64,000 nt of DNA from an uncultured Bifidobacteriaceae bacterium (GTDB lineage Bacteria > Actinomycetota > Acidimicrobiia > IMCC26256 > PALSA-555), in NCBI GenBank assembly GCA_964501785.1, contig CAZCUD010000002.1:197836-261835 (forward strand). The letters run 5' to 3'. Shown piece after piece: positions 27,857 to 38,201 of the stretch. Position 1 is the first letter of the stretch. Each line of letters begins with the position of its first letter. The notes beneath the pieces were generated by a model. It ran no database searches and was not told where the DNA came from. It was given only the letters and a program-made list of their open reading frames with translations. The position numbers were made by a program, and so were the translations under genes.

Positions 27857-28467
27857 TCCTTGATCGTGGGCCGCGAGATGGGTTGAAAGGGCGAGTAGCG
27901 AAACGGCCGGGTGCTCGCGCTGACGGGTGCCATCGCTGGCAGTGACGTGATCGCGGCGGGAGGTTCGTCAAGAGCCGCGGTCGTTGGATTGCCGCCCGCT
28001 CGGTGTTGCGAAGCGACGCGCGCCGACGCGCGCTGCTGCGAATGAACGCCGAACGAGGCGCGCGCGTGGCGATCGATCATGAGCGTGCGGTCGTGAAGCG
28101 CGCCGACGTGTTCCAAACATCGCGCGAGGTCGCGACGCGCGCGCGAGCGCTGCCCAAATCGACCCGCGAGTTGAGCGTCAGGCGATCGACATTGTCCCGT
28201 TCACGCGTCGCCCGACCGGTCGGTCGCCCGGGCAAGTCGGTTGAGCGTGATGCCGAACCTGGCTTCCACCGATTCCAGATCAGCGATGGACCTGACACGA
28301 CCGTCGTATCGAAGTCGACGGCGCGAGAATCGGCGATCCACTCGCCCGGCGGAGTTGATCGCGACCAGCCCGCCAACACGCGAGTCGAGACGATGCGGGA
28401 GCGCCTCAGAACGCGCTGCGGCTTGATCGCGCCGCGGCGCCCGACAACTTCAGGTATGCCCTGTTTG

Positions 28468-28857
28468 TCAGACGGTCTCGACGGAGCATCGAGAGCCGGG
28501 CGCGTTGGCAAGTCGACGGTCGGCGGTGAGGAGCGGGCAACCGAGCGCTTCGGCCAAGCCGACGTAGCACGCGTCGTACGACGTGATGTTGTTCCGCAGC
28601 GCCCAGGCCCGGCGGAGCAGTGGCCCGGTTGGGTACACGACCAGCGGAAGGCCGAGGAGGTCCTCGATCGCCGCGTTCGCTTGCCTGGTCGACAGCAAAT
28701 CCGCGCCGGCTTGGCGCCTGATCACGGACATGACCTCGATGCGAAGGAGGTCAGGACCGGCGATGGTCTCGCCTCTGAGTCGAGAGCGGAACGCGTCACC
28801 ATCGGCACCGCCGTCGGCGACGACGGGGGCGATCACTGATCCATCAACGACGAGCAC
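28468..28857 (-). CDS. vapC: VapC-type PIN toxin
   Basis: VLVVDGS (Asp), RIEV (Glu), SYDACY (Asp) and LLTADRRL. Confidence 0.9.
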   Translation of the reverse strand: MLVVDGSVIAPVVADGGADGDAFRSRLRGETIAGPDLLRIEVMSVIRRQAGADLLSTRQANAAIEDLLGLPLVVYPTGPLLRRAWALRNNITSYDACYVGLAEALGCPLLTADRRLANAPGSRCSVETV

Positions 28858-29074
28858 GGTCGGCGTCGAGCGCGGAGATGGCATCCCGACGGGAGAGACG
28901 ACCCTTGGAACGGTGTTCGATTCGTTCGAGCATCTCGTCGAGGGTCGGTGTGTCGGCGATCGCGACGAGTTGTGCCGCCAGGAACTGTTGGAGGGACTGT
29001 CCGGCGAGCTCGGCCCGGCGAATCAGCGCCTCGTGGATGTCATCCGGGACATCTCGGACCTGAATGTTTGGCAT
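28844..29074 (-). CDS. FitA-like RHH antitoxin
   Basis: MPNIQVRDVPDDIHEALIRRAELAGQSLQQFL; overlaps vapC. Confidence 0.88.
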   Translation of the reverse strand: MPNIQVRDVPDDIHEALIRRAELAGQSLQQFLAAQLVAIADTPTLDEMLERIEHRSKGRLSRRDAISALDADRARR

Positions 29075-29092
29075 GCATGCATAGTACATGCA
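29074..29092 (-). promoter_or_regulatory. leaderless promoter/operator of the TA operon
   Basis: TACTAT -10 (29086-29081) 6 nt before the ATG, inside IR TGCATG-N7-CATGCA. Confidence 0.65.
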
Positions 29093-29423
29093 CAACAGGC
29101 ATGGCGCAACGAGCAGGAGCGATTGGCCGCCGACCTCACGCCAGCCACCGGGGCTCAAATTCGTATTGCCCAACGGATCGGGTCGCGCGCGTGTAGATCC
29201 CGACGGCGCGAGCGCGCGATCCAAGGGTTCGATGCAAGGCGCTGCGCACCCACGCAGAACGTTCAGCGTGCGCGACAAGAATGCGCGCTCGACGCTTCAC
29301 AAGCCTCGACGAGCGTGTCATCAATGTCGCCGGTAGCCGAGTGCCGCGCCCGCCGTGGGAACGGCCCCACGGCGGACACAGCGGCTCTGCGGACCACGCA
29401 CGTTGGCCGACGAGGAGGAAGTC

Positions 29424-30626
29424 ATGCCGCACGTCGAACGGCGGCGTCGTGGCGACGCGAACGTCTGGCGCGCTCGGTATCGCGGACCCGACGGGCGCGA
29501 ACGGTCCCGAACCTTCACCCGAAGGACTGACGCCGAAGCATTTCTGGCCACCGTCGAGACAGCGAAGCTGCGCGGCGAGTGGCGCGACCCGGCCTTGGGG
29601 CGTACGCGCTTCGAGGACTTCGCGGCCCATGTCGAGGCGACGCGTCTGAACCGTCGCGCGACGACGCGGGCTCGCGACGCCACGCTGATGCGCACGCGTG
29701 TGCTGCCGGCGTTCGGGACGCGACCCATCCTCACGATCACGTCAACCGACGTGAAGGCCTGGGTCGCCTCACTGGAAGCCGCGGGGTTGGCGTCGAGCAC
29801 GATCCGGATCTGCTACCAGCTCCTGGCGCGGGTGTTCACCGAGGCCGTCGACGCCGGTCTCATCGCTACGTCACCATGTCGCCGCGTCGCGCTGCCGGCC
29901 GATGTGCGGCGCGAGCCTGCGCTGCTCACGCCCGACGACGTGTCCCGGGTCGCCGGGGTCATCGAGCCCCGATACCGCGTCTTGATCCTCGCCGCGGCCT
30001 ACACCGGCTTGCGATGGGGCGAGCTCGCCGGCCTGCGCGTGAGCCGAATCGACTTCCTGCGTCGACGCATCGACGTCGCCGAGATCCTGATCGAGGTCGA
30101 CGGCGCGCTGAGCTTCGGTCCGCCCAAGACGCGCAGCTCACGCGCCAGCGTGAGCTTCCCGCCCTTCCTCGCCGACGAGCTCGCTGCCCAGGTCGCCGGG
30201 TTCCCAGACCCCGACCGTCAACGCGGCCTGATCTTCACCAGCGACGACGGCACGCCCCTGCGCCGGTCGAACTTCCGTCGACGCGTCTGGCTGCCCGCCG
30301 TTGAAAGCGCCGGACTCCCCTCTCGGGCGCGCTTTCACGATCTGCGCCACGCGTGTGCGTCATGGCTGATCCACCAGGGCGCGAACCCGCTCGAGGTCGC
30401 GGCGAAGCTGCGCCACGCGCGCGTCACGACCACGCTCGCGACGTACGGTCACCTGTTCCCGGGCACCGACGACCGCCTCGATGCGCTCCTCGCGGAGACG
30501 TTCGCGCGCGCTGACACGGGCGTCAGCGAGGAATCTCCCGCGGCCCCACCGCGGCCCAGCCGCGGCCCAGCACACTTGAGGACGCGCGTCAGCGGCGCAA
30601 AAAGCGCCGTTGACCAGCATGTTTAG
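29424..30626 (+). CDS. int: tyrosine integrase of the tRNA-Val island
   Basis: GAGGAGG RBS; TGLRWGE (R), HDLRH and YGH (Y), with LRH in place of the usual LGH; stops 2 bp before att. Confidence 0.95.
   Translation: MPHVERRRRGDANVWRARYRGPDGRERSRTFTRRTDAEAFLATVETAKLRGEWRDPALGRTRFEDFAAHVEATRLNRRATTRARDATLMRTRVLPAFGTRPILTITSTDVKAWVASLEAAGLASSTIRICYQLLARVFTEAVDAGLIATSPCRRVALPADVRREPALLTPDDVSRVAGVIEPRYRVLILAAAYTGLRWGELAGLRVSRIDFLRRRIDVAEILIEVDGALSFGPPKTRSSRASVSFPPFLADELAAQVAGFPDPDRQRGLIFTSDDGTPLRRSNFRRRVWLPAVESAGLPSRARFHDLRHACASWLIHQGANPLEVAAKLRHARVTTTLATYGHLFPGTDDRLDALLAETFARADTGVSEESPAAPPRPSRGPAHLRTRVSGAKSAVDQHV
30538..30569. repeat. candidate integrase arm-binding sites, 3 x CCGCGGCCC(A/C) (11-bp period) inside int 3' end
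   Basis: Matches 5902-5922. Confidence 0.7.
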
Positions 30627-30629
30627 GTG

Positions 30630-30701
30630 TGGGCGATAGAGGATTTGAACCTCTGACCTCTTCCGCGTCAAGGAAGCGCTCTCCCCCTGAGCTAATCGCC
30701 C
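30630..30701 (-). tRNA. tRNA-Val(GAC), CCA not encoded
   Basis: GGGCGAT acceptor stem, CTTCC-TTGACGC-GGAAG anticodon arm and GGTTCAAATCC T arm. Confidence 0.96.
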
Positions 30702-30765
30702 GTCAAGGGACCCGCCAGGTTACCAGCGGCGCCTCTCGGTCACTGCACCCGTCCCGAGATGCCGA

Positions 30766-33318
30766 TCACTCGGTGGCGATCGCGTCCAGCACGTCGAGGC
30801 GGCTCGCCCGCCATGCGGGGTACAGCGCGGCGACGATCCCGGCGACCATCGACAAGACGACGAAGATCGCCAGCTGGCCCACCGGGACGCGCACCTGGGT
30901 GATGCCCTGCGACTCGAGCGAGATCGTGAACACCCATCCCCACACGAGGCCGAGGACCGTGCCGACGAGTCCACCGAGGAGCGCCACGATGACCGACTCC
31001 CCGCGAACCATGCGTCGCACCTGACGTCGGGTCGTGCCGACGACGCGCAGCAGGCCGAGCTCTCGGGTCCGTTCGAACACCGACAAGGCGAGCGTGTTCA
31101 CGATGCCGAGGACCGCGATGAGCTCGGCGAGGAGCAGCAGCGCGACGGTCACCGCGAGGAAGCGGTCGATCGCGCGCTCCTGCTCGTCCTTGTACTCCTC
31201 GCGGGTCAGGACGTCGATGTTGGGGAAGTCGTCGCCGAGCGCCTGCCGGATCGCGACCCGGGCAGCGCCGGTGTCGCCGTCGGTCGCCGACACGTAGACC
31301 AGCGAGTCCTGGTCGTCGGGGCCGAACCCCCGCTCGTACGCGGGCTGGGCGACGACGAACGGCACCGGGAACCCGCCGGTGAAGTCCTCCTGCTCGTAGA
31401 TGCCCGCCACGCGCAGCGGGAAGAACCCGCGCGGGAACTGCACCGCGCGGGTCTCGCCGACCTCGAGACCGAGACGCTCGGCGGTGTCGCGATGCACGAG
31501 CATGCCGTCGTCGCCCATGTCGCCGATGCTCCCCCGGCGCACGCGAAGGTCGACGACGTCGCCGAGCGCATCCGGGTCCACACCGGCGACGGTCTCCTCC
31601 CCCAGGTCGACGCGCACGTTGCCGAAGCGGAACGAGGCGACGGCATCCAGCTCGGGCAGGTCGCGGAGACGATCGGCGACCTGGGGCGAGAAGCCCGCGA
31701 ACTGCTGCGCCTTCAGCACGTAGTCGGCGCGGATCCCGCGGTCGACCGCCTCGGCGACCGACGCCTTCGCCGACTCCCCGAAGATCGCGACGAGCCCCAC
31801 CAGCGCGAGCCCGACGACGAGGGCCGACGCGGTCGCGGCGGTTCGACGGGGATTGCGCATCGCGTTGCCGCGGGCCAGCGTGCCGGTGACCCCGATCAGG
31901 CGCAGCGGTCGCCCGAGCCCTCCTGCGAGTGGCCGAGCGAACGTCGCGAGCAGCACGACGACACCGAAGAAGAGGAGGAGCGCGCCGAGCGCGACGAGCC
32001 AGATCTCGTCGGTGACGTCGACCGCGGCCCGCGATCGGTCCACACCGATCACGAGGCACGGGATGCTCGCGAGCACGAGGAGCGTTCCGAGGATCCGGCG
32101 TCGGCGGAACGGGCGCGGACGCTCCGGCTGCACGTCGTCGATCGCCGCGATCGGCGGGATCCGCGCGGCGCGCACGGCCGGGATCACCGACGATGCGACC
32201 GTGACCAGGACGCCGACGGCGAGCGAGGCGATGATCGTGCGCTCCGCGACGACGAGCGCGCCGTCCGGCACGTCGAAGCCGAGGCTCGAGACCAGCGCGA
32301 GCAACAGCGCGGCGAGCCCGACGCCTGCGGCGAGCCCGAGCAGCGATGCCACGAAGCCGACGAGTGCGGCCTCGAGCACGACCGCGACGACGACCTGCCG
32401 TCCGCTTGCACCCATTGCCCGGAGCAACCCGAACTCACGGGTCCGCTGCGCCACCAGGATCGAGAACGTGTTGAAGATGATGAACGCGCCGACCACGAGG
32501 CCGATGGCCGCGAAGCCGAGCAGCAGCTGCGTGAGCAGCGAGAAGAACTCGGTGAAGTCGCTGCTGCGATCGGCGGCGAACTCGCTCGCCAGGTTCACCT
32601 CGTAGGCGGCACCGAGCTCCGCGCGCAGCCGCTCCTGGATCGCCGCGTTCGACGCGCCCGGCGCCGCCGTCACGTTGACCGCGTCGACCATGCCGGGGGC
32701 GCCGAACACCCGTTGCGCGGTCTGGAGGTCGAACGCGGCGAACGTGACGGCGAGCGCGTCGAGCTGGTTGCCGAAGCCGAAGAGCCCGACGATCTCGAAC
32801 CGCTCCTTGGGCCCCTCGAGCAGGACGTCGACCTCGTCGCCGACCTCGAAGCCGTGGCGCGCCGCGGTGCCGGCGTCCATCGCGACCTCGCCGTCGGCCT
32901 CCGGCGCGCGCCCCTCGCTCAGGCGGAGCGGCTCGTCCGCGTCGGGCGCCTGCGACCAGGTGATGCCGATGGTCGGCGCGCCCCCGTTCTGGATGCTCTC
33001 GCCCTCCGGGTCGACGAACTGCGCGTAGTCCTCGAGCACGCCGTAGGCGGAGCCCACGCCCTCGACGCCGCGCACCTGACGGACCAGCGACGCGGGCGCC
33101 CGGTCACGCTCACCGTCGCCGCCGAAGGGGGCGCGAGGGCGCACGACGACGTCGACCCCCTCGACGGTTCGGTCGAAGAAGGTCTGGAACGACGCGTCGA
33201 GCGTGTCGGTGAGGGTGTAGGTGCCGGCCACGAAGCTGACGCCGAGCAGCACCGAGAGCGCGGTCAGGGCCAAGCGCACCTTGCGCGCGAGCAGCCCTCG
33301 GATCGTGGCCTTCCACAT
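30766..33318 (-). CDS. ABC transporter permease with two FtsX-like domains
   Basis: NTFSILVAQRTREFGLLRAMGA and NTLALSVFERTRELGLLR; 850 aa. Confidence 0.92.
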   Translation of the reverse strand: MWKATIRGLLARKVRLALTALSVLLGVSFVAGTYTLTDTLDASFQTFFDRTVEGVDVVVRPRAPFGGDGERDRAPASLVRQVRGVEGVGSAYGVLEDYAQFVDPEGESIQNGGAPTIGITWSQAPDADEPLRLSEGRAPEADGEVAMDAGTAARHGFEVGDEVDVLLEGPKERFEIVGLFGFGNQLDALAVTFAAFDLQTAQRVFGAPGMVDAVNVTAAPGASNAAIQERLRAELGAAYEVNLASEFAADRSSDFTEFFSLLTQLLLGFAAIGLVVGAFIIFNTFSILVAQRTREFGLLRAMGASGRQVVVAVVLEAALVGFVASLLGLAAGVGLAALLLALVSSLGFDVPDGALVVAERTIIASLAVGVLVTVASSVIPAVRAARIPPIAAIDDVQPERPRPFRRRRILGTLLVLASIPCLVIGVDRSRAAVDVTDEIWLVALGALLLFFGVVVLLATFARPLAGGLGRPLRLIGVTGTLARGNAMRNPRRTAATASALVVGLALVGLVAIFGESAKASVAEAVDRGIRADYVLKAQQFAGFSPQVADRLRDLPELDAVASFRFGNVRVDLGEETVAGVDPDALGDVVDLRVRRGSIGDMGDDGMLVHRDTAERLGLEVGETRAVQFPRGFFPLRVAGIYEQEDFTGGFPVPFVVAQPAYERGFGPDDQDSLVYVSATDGDTGAARVAIRQALGDDFPNIDVLTREEYKDEQERAIDRFLAVTVALLLLAELIAVLGIVNTLALSVFERTRELGLLRVVGTTRRQVRRMVRGESVIVALLGGLVGTVLGLVWGWVFTISLESQGITQVRVPVGQLAIFVVLSMVAGIVAALYPAWRASRLDVLDAIATE

Positions 33319-33450
33319 GCGCTGCCATCATTGCCCTGCCGGTCCCCGCTCCGGGGGCACGGAACCACCTCGGTGCGTCGCTCGACCCACCCCACGACGG
33401 TGAGCGACGCAACGAGGATGTGGGTGCACGCAAGGAGTGGAGGGACGAGC

Positions 33451-34251
33451 ATGGGGTTGTTGGAGGGGTGTCGAGCGGTGGTGACCGGCGGGGGCTCGGG
33501 CATCGGGGCGGCGACCTGCCGGCGCATGGCCGCCGAGGGCGCCGCGGTCGCGGTGCTCGACATCGACGAGGCATCGGCGAAGGCCGTCGCCGACGAGGTC
33601 GGTGGCACCGCGCACGGCGTCGACGTCACCGACTACGACGCCCTCGAAGCCGCGGTCCGCGACTCGGCGAGCACGCTCGGCGGGCTGACGACGCTCTTCA
33701 ACAACGCGGGCAGCTCGTCGATGTCGGCCCTGCACGAGTGGGACCTCGCCGAGTGGGACCGGATCGTCCGCCTCAACCTGACCGGCGTCTTCCACGGCTT
33801 CCGGGCCGCGGTGCCGCTCATGCTCGAGACGGATCCGCCCCCCGCGGGACGGTCGATCGTGTCCACGTCGTCGATCAGCGGCACCCGTCCGGCGGCCGGC
33901 GAGGCTCCCTACGCCGCGGCGAAGGCGGCGGTCGCGTCGCTCAGCGCGACCGCGGCGCTGGAGTACGGCCCGGCCATCCGGGTCAACGCAGTCGCGCCGG
34001 GGATGATCCACACCGGCCTGACCGACATCCTGCTCACCGGCTTCGACTGGACCGTCCCGCACATGGTCGAGAAGACCCCGCTCGGCCGCATCGGTGCGCC
34101 CGAGGACATCGCCGATGTCGTCGTGTTCCTCTGCTCCGATCTCGCTCGCTTCGTGACCGGCCAGAACCTCGTCGTCGACGGCGGGATGACCCTCCACGGC
34201 GCCGGCGTCGACGGGCTCTACGACCGGTTCCGCCAGTACCTCGAGAGCTGA
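33451..34251 (+). CDS. SDR family oxidoreductase
   Basis: TGGGSGIG, NNAG, YAAAK and GQNLVVDGG. Confidence 0.95.
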   Translation: MGLLEGCRAVVTGGGSGIGAATCRRMAAEGAAVAVLDIDEASAKAVADEVGGTAHGVDVTDYDALEAAVRDSASTLGGLTTLFNNAGSSSMSALHEWDLAEWDRIVRLNLTGVFHGFRAAVPLMLETDPPPAGRSIVSTSSISGTRPAAGEAPYAAAKAAVASLSATAALEYGPAIRVNAVAPGMIHTGLTDILLTGFDWTVPHMVEKTPLGRIGAPEDIADVVVFLCSDLARFVTGQNLVVDGGMTLHGAGVDGLYDRFRQYLES

Positions 34252-34420
34252 GCCGACGGCCCGGGCACGCCCCGGCCTGCCCCCCAGATCTGCCCACGAG
34301 CCCGAAACCCAACGGGAGGCCACTTCGCGCCCAAAGTGACCAACTGCACTCAAGTCCTCACGCAGAGTGGTCGATTCCCCTCACGGCTGGGAGCCAGAGC
34401 CGTCGAGAGGGGCGATCACA

Positions 34421-34954
34421 ATGGTCACGAAGCAGACGAAGCGGTCGAAGCGGACGAAGCGCCTCGGCATCGCCGCAGCAGCACTCGCCATCGCCGGGGT
34501 CGGAGCGGCCTGCACGCCGTCGCCGGCTCCCGCGCCACCCGCCGCCGCGTCACGGCCGGCCTGTGGCCCGGGCGGTCCGCCCGATGCCACCACGAGCACG
34601 ATCTACAACCTCACGAACTCGAGCCGCGGCGCCGCCGGGCTCGGAGGCCTCGCGTGGAGCCGGCAGCTGTACTGCCTGGCCAACGAGTGGAGCTCCAACA
34701 TGGCGGCCCAGGGGCGCATGTACCACCGCGACCTCAACTCCGCGATCCGCTCGCCGGGCTACAACAACTTCCGCACCCTGGGCGAGAACGTCCTCTACGG
34801 GCCCGCGGGGATGACCGGCGACGCCATGCACAACGCCTGGATGAACTCGCCCGGCCACCGAGCGAACATCCTCTCGGGTGCCTTCAGCCAGTTCGCCGTC
34901 GCCACCTGGACCTCGGGCGGCACCGTGTGGGCGACCGAGAACTTCGGCGGCTGA
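34421..34954 (+). CDS. CAP/SCP domain lipoprotein
   Basis: Lipobox-like GAAC, GENV and WMNSPGHRANIL. Confidence 0.9.
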   Translation: MVTKQTKRSKRTKRLGIAAAALAIAGVGAACTPSPAPAPPAAASRPACGPGGPPDATTSTIYNLTNSSRGAAGLGGLAWSRQLYCLANEWSSNMAAQGRMYHRDLNSAIRSPGYNNFRTLGENVLYGPAGMTGDAMHNAWMNSPGHRANILSGAFSQFAVATWTSGGTVWATENFGG

Positions 34955-35072
34955 CGCCGAGCACTCACGACACCTGACCTCTCGACGGACGACGCCTCAG
35001 CACGTCGAGCGGGCTCCGGCCCGCTGGGCGTGCCGAGCGTCGCGTCCGGGCTCGGTTCGTCGAGCGGCCGGG

Positions 35073-35369
35073 TCAGTGGTGGGGGCTGTCGGCGGTGTCG
35101 AGGTCGTGCGCAGCGACGAGCGACCCGGCCCATCCCCCGAAGAACGCGCCGGCGAACGCGCCGACGACGGCCGCGATGCTGAGGGCCGACGCCCAGGAGC
35201 CGGTGAAGATCGACGACGCGAGCGCGATCGCGACGAGCCCCATCCAGATCACGACGCAGATCGGGACCGCGACCGCCACGCCGACGGCGATCGACTTCAC
35301 CAGCTTGCGCTCGGCGACCTGGATCGGCTCGAGCGCCGCTTCGGGACGGACTGCGACGTCAGTGGTCAT
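35073..35369 (-). CDS. small 2-TM membrane protein coupled to cysC
   Basis: Two hydrophobic helices; overlaps the cysC stop. Confidence 0.6.
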   Translation of the reverse strand: MTTDVAVRPEAALEPIQVAERKLVKSIAVGVAVAVPICVVIWMGLVAIALASSIFTGSWASALSIAAVVGAFAGAFFGGWAGSLVAAHDLDTADSPHH

Positions 35370-35976
35370 GGGCGGGGAGGATATCCGCCGCGTCGAGCGC
35401 GGCCAGGATCCGTTCGGCCGCGCTCGCCGGCGACGTCGACGCCGACTCGACGACGAGCTCCGGCGCCAGCGGCGGCTCGTACGGATCGTCGATGCCCGTG
35501 AAGCCGGGCAGGTCGCCCGCGCGCGCCTTCGCGTAGAGGCCCTTCGGATCGCGTGCCTCGCACACGTCGAGCGGCGCGTCGACGAACACCTCGACGAAGG
35601 GCAGGCCCGCCGCCGCGTGGAGCGCCCGGGCGTGGTCGCGCCCGGCGCGATAGGGGCTGATGACCGGCACCAGCACGATGAGCCCCGCGTCGGCGAGCAA
35701 CCGAGCGACCTCGGCGATGCGGCGCACGTTCTCGGCACGGTCCTCGGCGGAGAACCCGAGATCGCCGTTCAGGCCGTGGCGGACGTTGTCGCCGTCGAGC
35801 GTGTAGGTGAGCCGACCGTCCGCGACCAGACGCTGGTTGAGCGCGGAGGCGACGGTGGACTTGCCCGACCCCGACAGGCCGGTGAGCCACACCGTCGCAC
35901 CTGCCACACCGGCGGCCCGCCAGCGATCTTCGCGGGGCACGCCGTCGTCGTGCCAGACGACGTTGGGGCTGCTCAC
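35359..35976 (-). CDS. cysC: adenylyl-sulfate kinase
   Basis: [29 protein letters not shown] and DPKGLY. Confidence 0.97.
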   Translation of the reverse strand: MSSPNVVWHDDGVPREDRWRAAGVAGATVWLTGLSGSGKSTVASALNQRLVADGRLTYTLDGDNVRHGLNGDLGFSAEDRAENVRRIAEVARLLADAGLIVLVPVISPYRAGRDHARALHAAAGLPFVEVFVDAPLDVCEARDPKGLYAKARAGDLPGFTGIDDPYEPPLAPELVVESASTSPASAAERILAALDAADILPAHDH

Positions 35977-35980
35977 CGAC

Positions 35981-37240
35981 TCAGGGGGTGCTCTGGGTGC
36001 CGAGCACCATCCCCGCGCCGACGGTCTCGAAGGTCCCCTCGTCGACGAGGATGAAGCTGCCCGTCGCCCGGTTGCGGCGGTACTCGTCGACGAACAGCGG
36101 CACCGTCGTGCGCAGGGACACGCGACCCATGTCGTTCATCGCGAGCGCCTTGTGCTGCTCGTCGCGGTGCAGCGAGTTGACGTCGAGCCGGTAGTGGAGG
36201 TCTTGCACCTTGGCCCGCGCGGTGCGGGTCGTGTGCTTGATCGCGTACACGGTGCCGGGCTGCATCGGGCGCTCGCTGAACCAGCAGACCATCGCGTCGA
36301 CGTCTTGCGTAGCGGTGGGCGTGTTGTTGGGGCGACAGATCATGTCGCCCCGACTGATGTCGAGATCGTCCGCGAGGCGGATGCTCACCGACATCGGCGG
36401 GAACGCCTCGGTCACGGGCCCGCCGTAGCGGTCGATGCCCGCGACCGTGGTCGTGAAGCCGCTGGGCAGCACCATGACCTCGTCGCCGGGGCGGAACATG
36501 CCGCTGGCGACCTCGCCGGCGTACCCCCGGTAGTCGTGATGGTCGTGGCTCATCGGCCGGATCACGTACTGCACGGGGAAGCGGGCGTCGATCAGGTTGC
36601 GGTCGGACGCGATGTAGATGTGCTCGAGGTGGTGCAGCAGGGTCGGCCCCTCGTACCAGGGCATGTTCGGCGAGTGCGACACGACGTTGTCGCCGAGCAG
36701 CGCCGAGACGGGGACGAACGTGAGGTCGTCGATGTCGAGCTTGGCCGCGAACTCCGAGAACTCCGCGCTGATCACGTCGAACCGCCGCTCGTCCCAGTCG
36801 ACCAGGTCCATCTTGTTGACGCAGAGCACGAGGTGCTTCACCTGGAGGAGGCTCGCGATCACCGCGTGGCGGCGGGACTGCTCGACCACGCCGTTGCGCG
36901 CGTCGACCAGGACGAGGGCGAGGTCGGCGGTCGACGCACCGGTGACCATGTTGCGCGTGTACTGGATGTGTCCGGGGGTGTCGGCGATGATGAACTTGCG
37001 TCGAGGAGTCGCGAAGTATCGGTACGCGACGTCGATCGTGATCCCCTGCTCACGTTCGGCCCGGAGCCCGTCGGTGAGCAGCGCGAGGTTCGTGTAGTCG
37101 AACCCGCGGTCGCGTGACGTGCGCTCGACGGCCTCGAGCTGGTCTTCGAAGATCTGCTTCGTCTCGAGCAGCAGGCGACCGATCAGCGTCGACTTGCCGT
37201 CGTCGACCGACCCCGCCGTCGCGAACCGCAGCAGCTCCAT
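35981..37240 (-). CDS. cysN: sulfate adenylyltransferase subunit 1
   Basis: [32 protein letters not shown] and NKMD. Confidence 0.97.
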   Translation of the reverse strand: MELLRFATAGSVDDGKSTLIGRLLLETKQIFEDQLEAVERTSRDRGFDYTNLALLTDGLRAEREQGITIDVAYRYFATPRRKFIIADTPGHIQYTRNMVTGASTADLALVLVDARNGVVEQSRRHAVIASLLQVKHLVLCVNKMDLVDWDERRFDVISAEFSEFAAKLDIDDLTFVPVSALLGDNVVSHSPNMPWYEGPTLLHHLEHIYIASDRNLIDARFPVQYVIRPMSHDHHDYRGYAGEVASGMFRPGDEVMVLPSGFTTTVAGIDRYGGPVTEAFPPMSVSIRLADDLDISRGDMICRPNNTPTATQDVDAMVCWFSERPMQPGTVYAIKHTTRTARAKVQDLHYRLDVNSLHRDEQHKALAMNDMGRVSLRTTVPLFVDEYRRNRATGSFILVDEGTFETVGAGMVLGTQSTP

Positions 37241-37242
37241 GA

Positions 37243-38148
37243 CTAGAAGTAGCCCTCGCGCTTGCGGTCTTCCATGCCGGCCTCGGAGATGCGGTCGTCG
37301 GCCCGGGTCGCGCCCCGCTCGGTGACGGTGGACGCCGCGACCTCGGCGATCACGGCCTCGACGGTCGCCGCGCTCGACTCGACGGCGCCCGTGCACGACG
37401 CATCGCCGACGGTGCGGAAGCGCACGGTGCGCTCCTCGGGAACCTCGCCGTCCATGACCGTGACGAACGGCGTGACCGCGAGCAGCATCCCGTCGCGCTC
37501 GAACACCTCGCGACGGTGCGCGTAGTAGATGGAGGGGAGCTCGACCTCGTCGTCGGCGACGTACTGCCAGATGTCGAGCTCGGTCCAGTTGCTCAGGGGG
37601 AACACGCGGATGTGCTCACCCTTGCGGTGACGCCCGTTGTAGAGGTTCCACAGCTCGGGGCGCTGGTTCTTCGGGTCCCACTGCCCGAAGTCGTCACGGA
37701 ACGAGTAGACGCGCTCCTTGGCTCGGGCCTTCTCCTCGTCGCGCCGCCCTCCCCCGAACACGGCGTCGAACCCGTGCTCCTGGATGGCGTCGAGCAGGGT
37801 GACGGTCTGGAGGCGGTTGCGGCTCGCCCGCGGCCCGGTCTCCTCGACGACCCGACCCTTGTCGATCGACTCCTGCACCGAGGCGACGACGAGCTGGATG
37901 CCCAGCTCGGCGACTCGCCGGTCCCGGTAGTCGATCACCTCGTCGAAGTTGTGACCGGTGTCGACGTGCATGACGGGGAACGGCACCCGCGCGGGCCAGA
38001 ACGCCTTCTCGGCGAGCCGGAGCATCACCGCGGAGTCCTTCCCGCCGGAGAACAGCAGGACCGGGCGCTCGAACTCGGCGGCGACCTCACGGAAGATGTG
38101 GATCGACTCGGACTCGAGCTCGTCGAGGTGGGAGAGCTGGGTCGTCAT
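37243..38148 (-). CDS. cysD: sulfate adenylyltransferase subunit 2
   Basis: FSGGKDS, WDPKNQRPELW and MEDRKREGYF. Confidence 0.97.
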   Translation of the reverse strand: MTTQLSHLDELESESIHIFREVAAEFERPVLLFSGGKDSAVMLRLAEKAFWPARVPFPVMHVDTGHNFDEVIDYRDRRVAELGIQLVVASVQESIDKGRVVEETGPRASRNRLQTVTLLDAIQEHGFDAVFGGGRRDEEKARAKERVYSFRDDFGQWDPKNQRPELWNLYNGRHRKGEHIRVFPLSNWTELDIWQYVADDEVELPSIYYAHRREVFERDGMLLAVTPFVTVMDGEVPEERTVRFRTVGDASCTGAVESSAATVEAVIAEVAASTVTERGATRADDRISEAGMEDRKREGYF

Positions 38149-38201
38149 GGGGGTACCGATCGTACCGGGCGGGCGCACGGGCGAGCCGTACGCTCCGGGA
38201 C

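Larger units (their letters stand above)
5798..30628. mobile_element. integrative mobilizable element / genomic island at tRNA-Val(GAC), ~24.8 kb, heavy-metal/redox cargo
   Basis: 46-bp att repeats, integrase next to the tRNA, Xis-like protein, MOBF relaxase, ParA and VapBC. No T4SS or coupling-protein genes are visible. Confidence 0.93.

Noticed and set aside
27860-28460. MobC/NikA-like accessory gene beside oriT
   Set aside because: No short ORF with an RHH pattern was found.
31492-33450. long N-terminal extension of the SDR ORF
   Set aside because: Antisense to the ABC permease; the SDR begins at ATG 33451.
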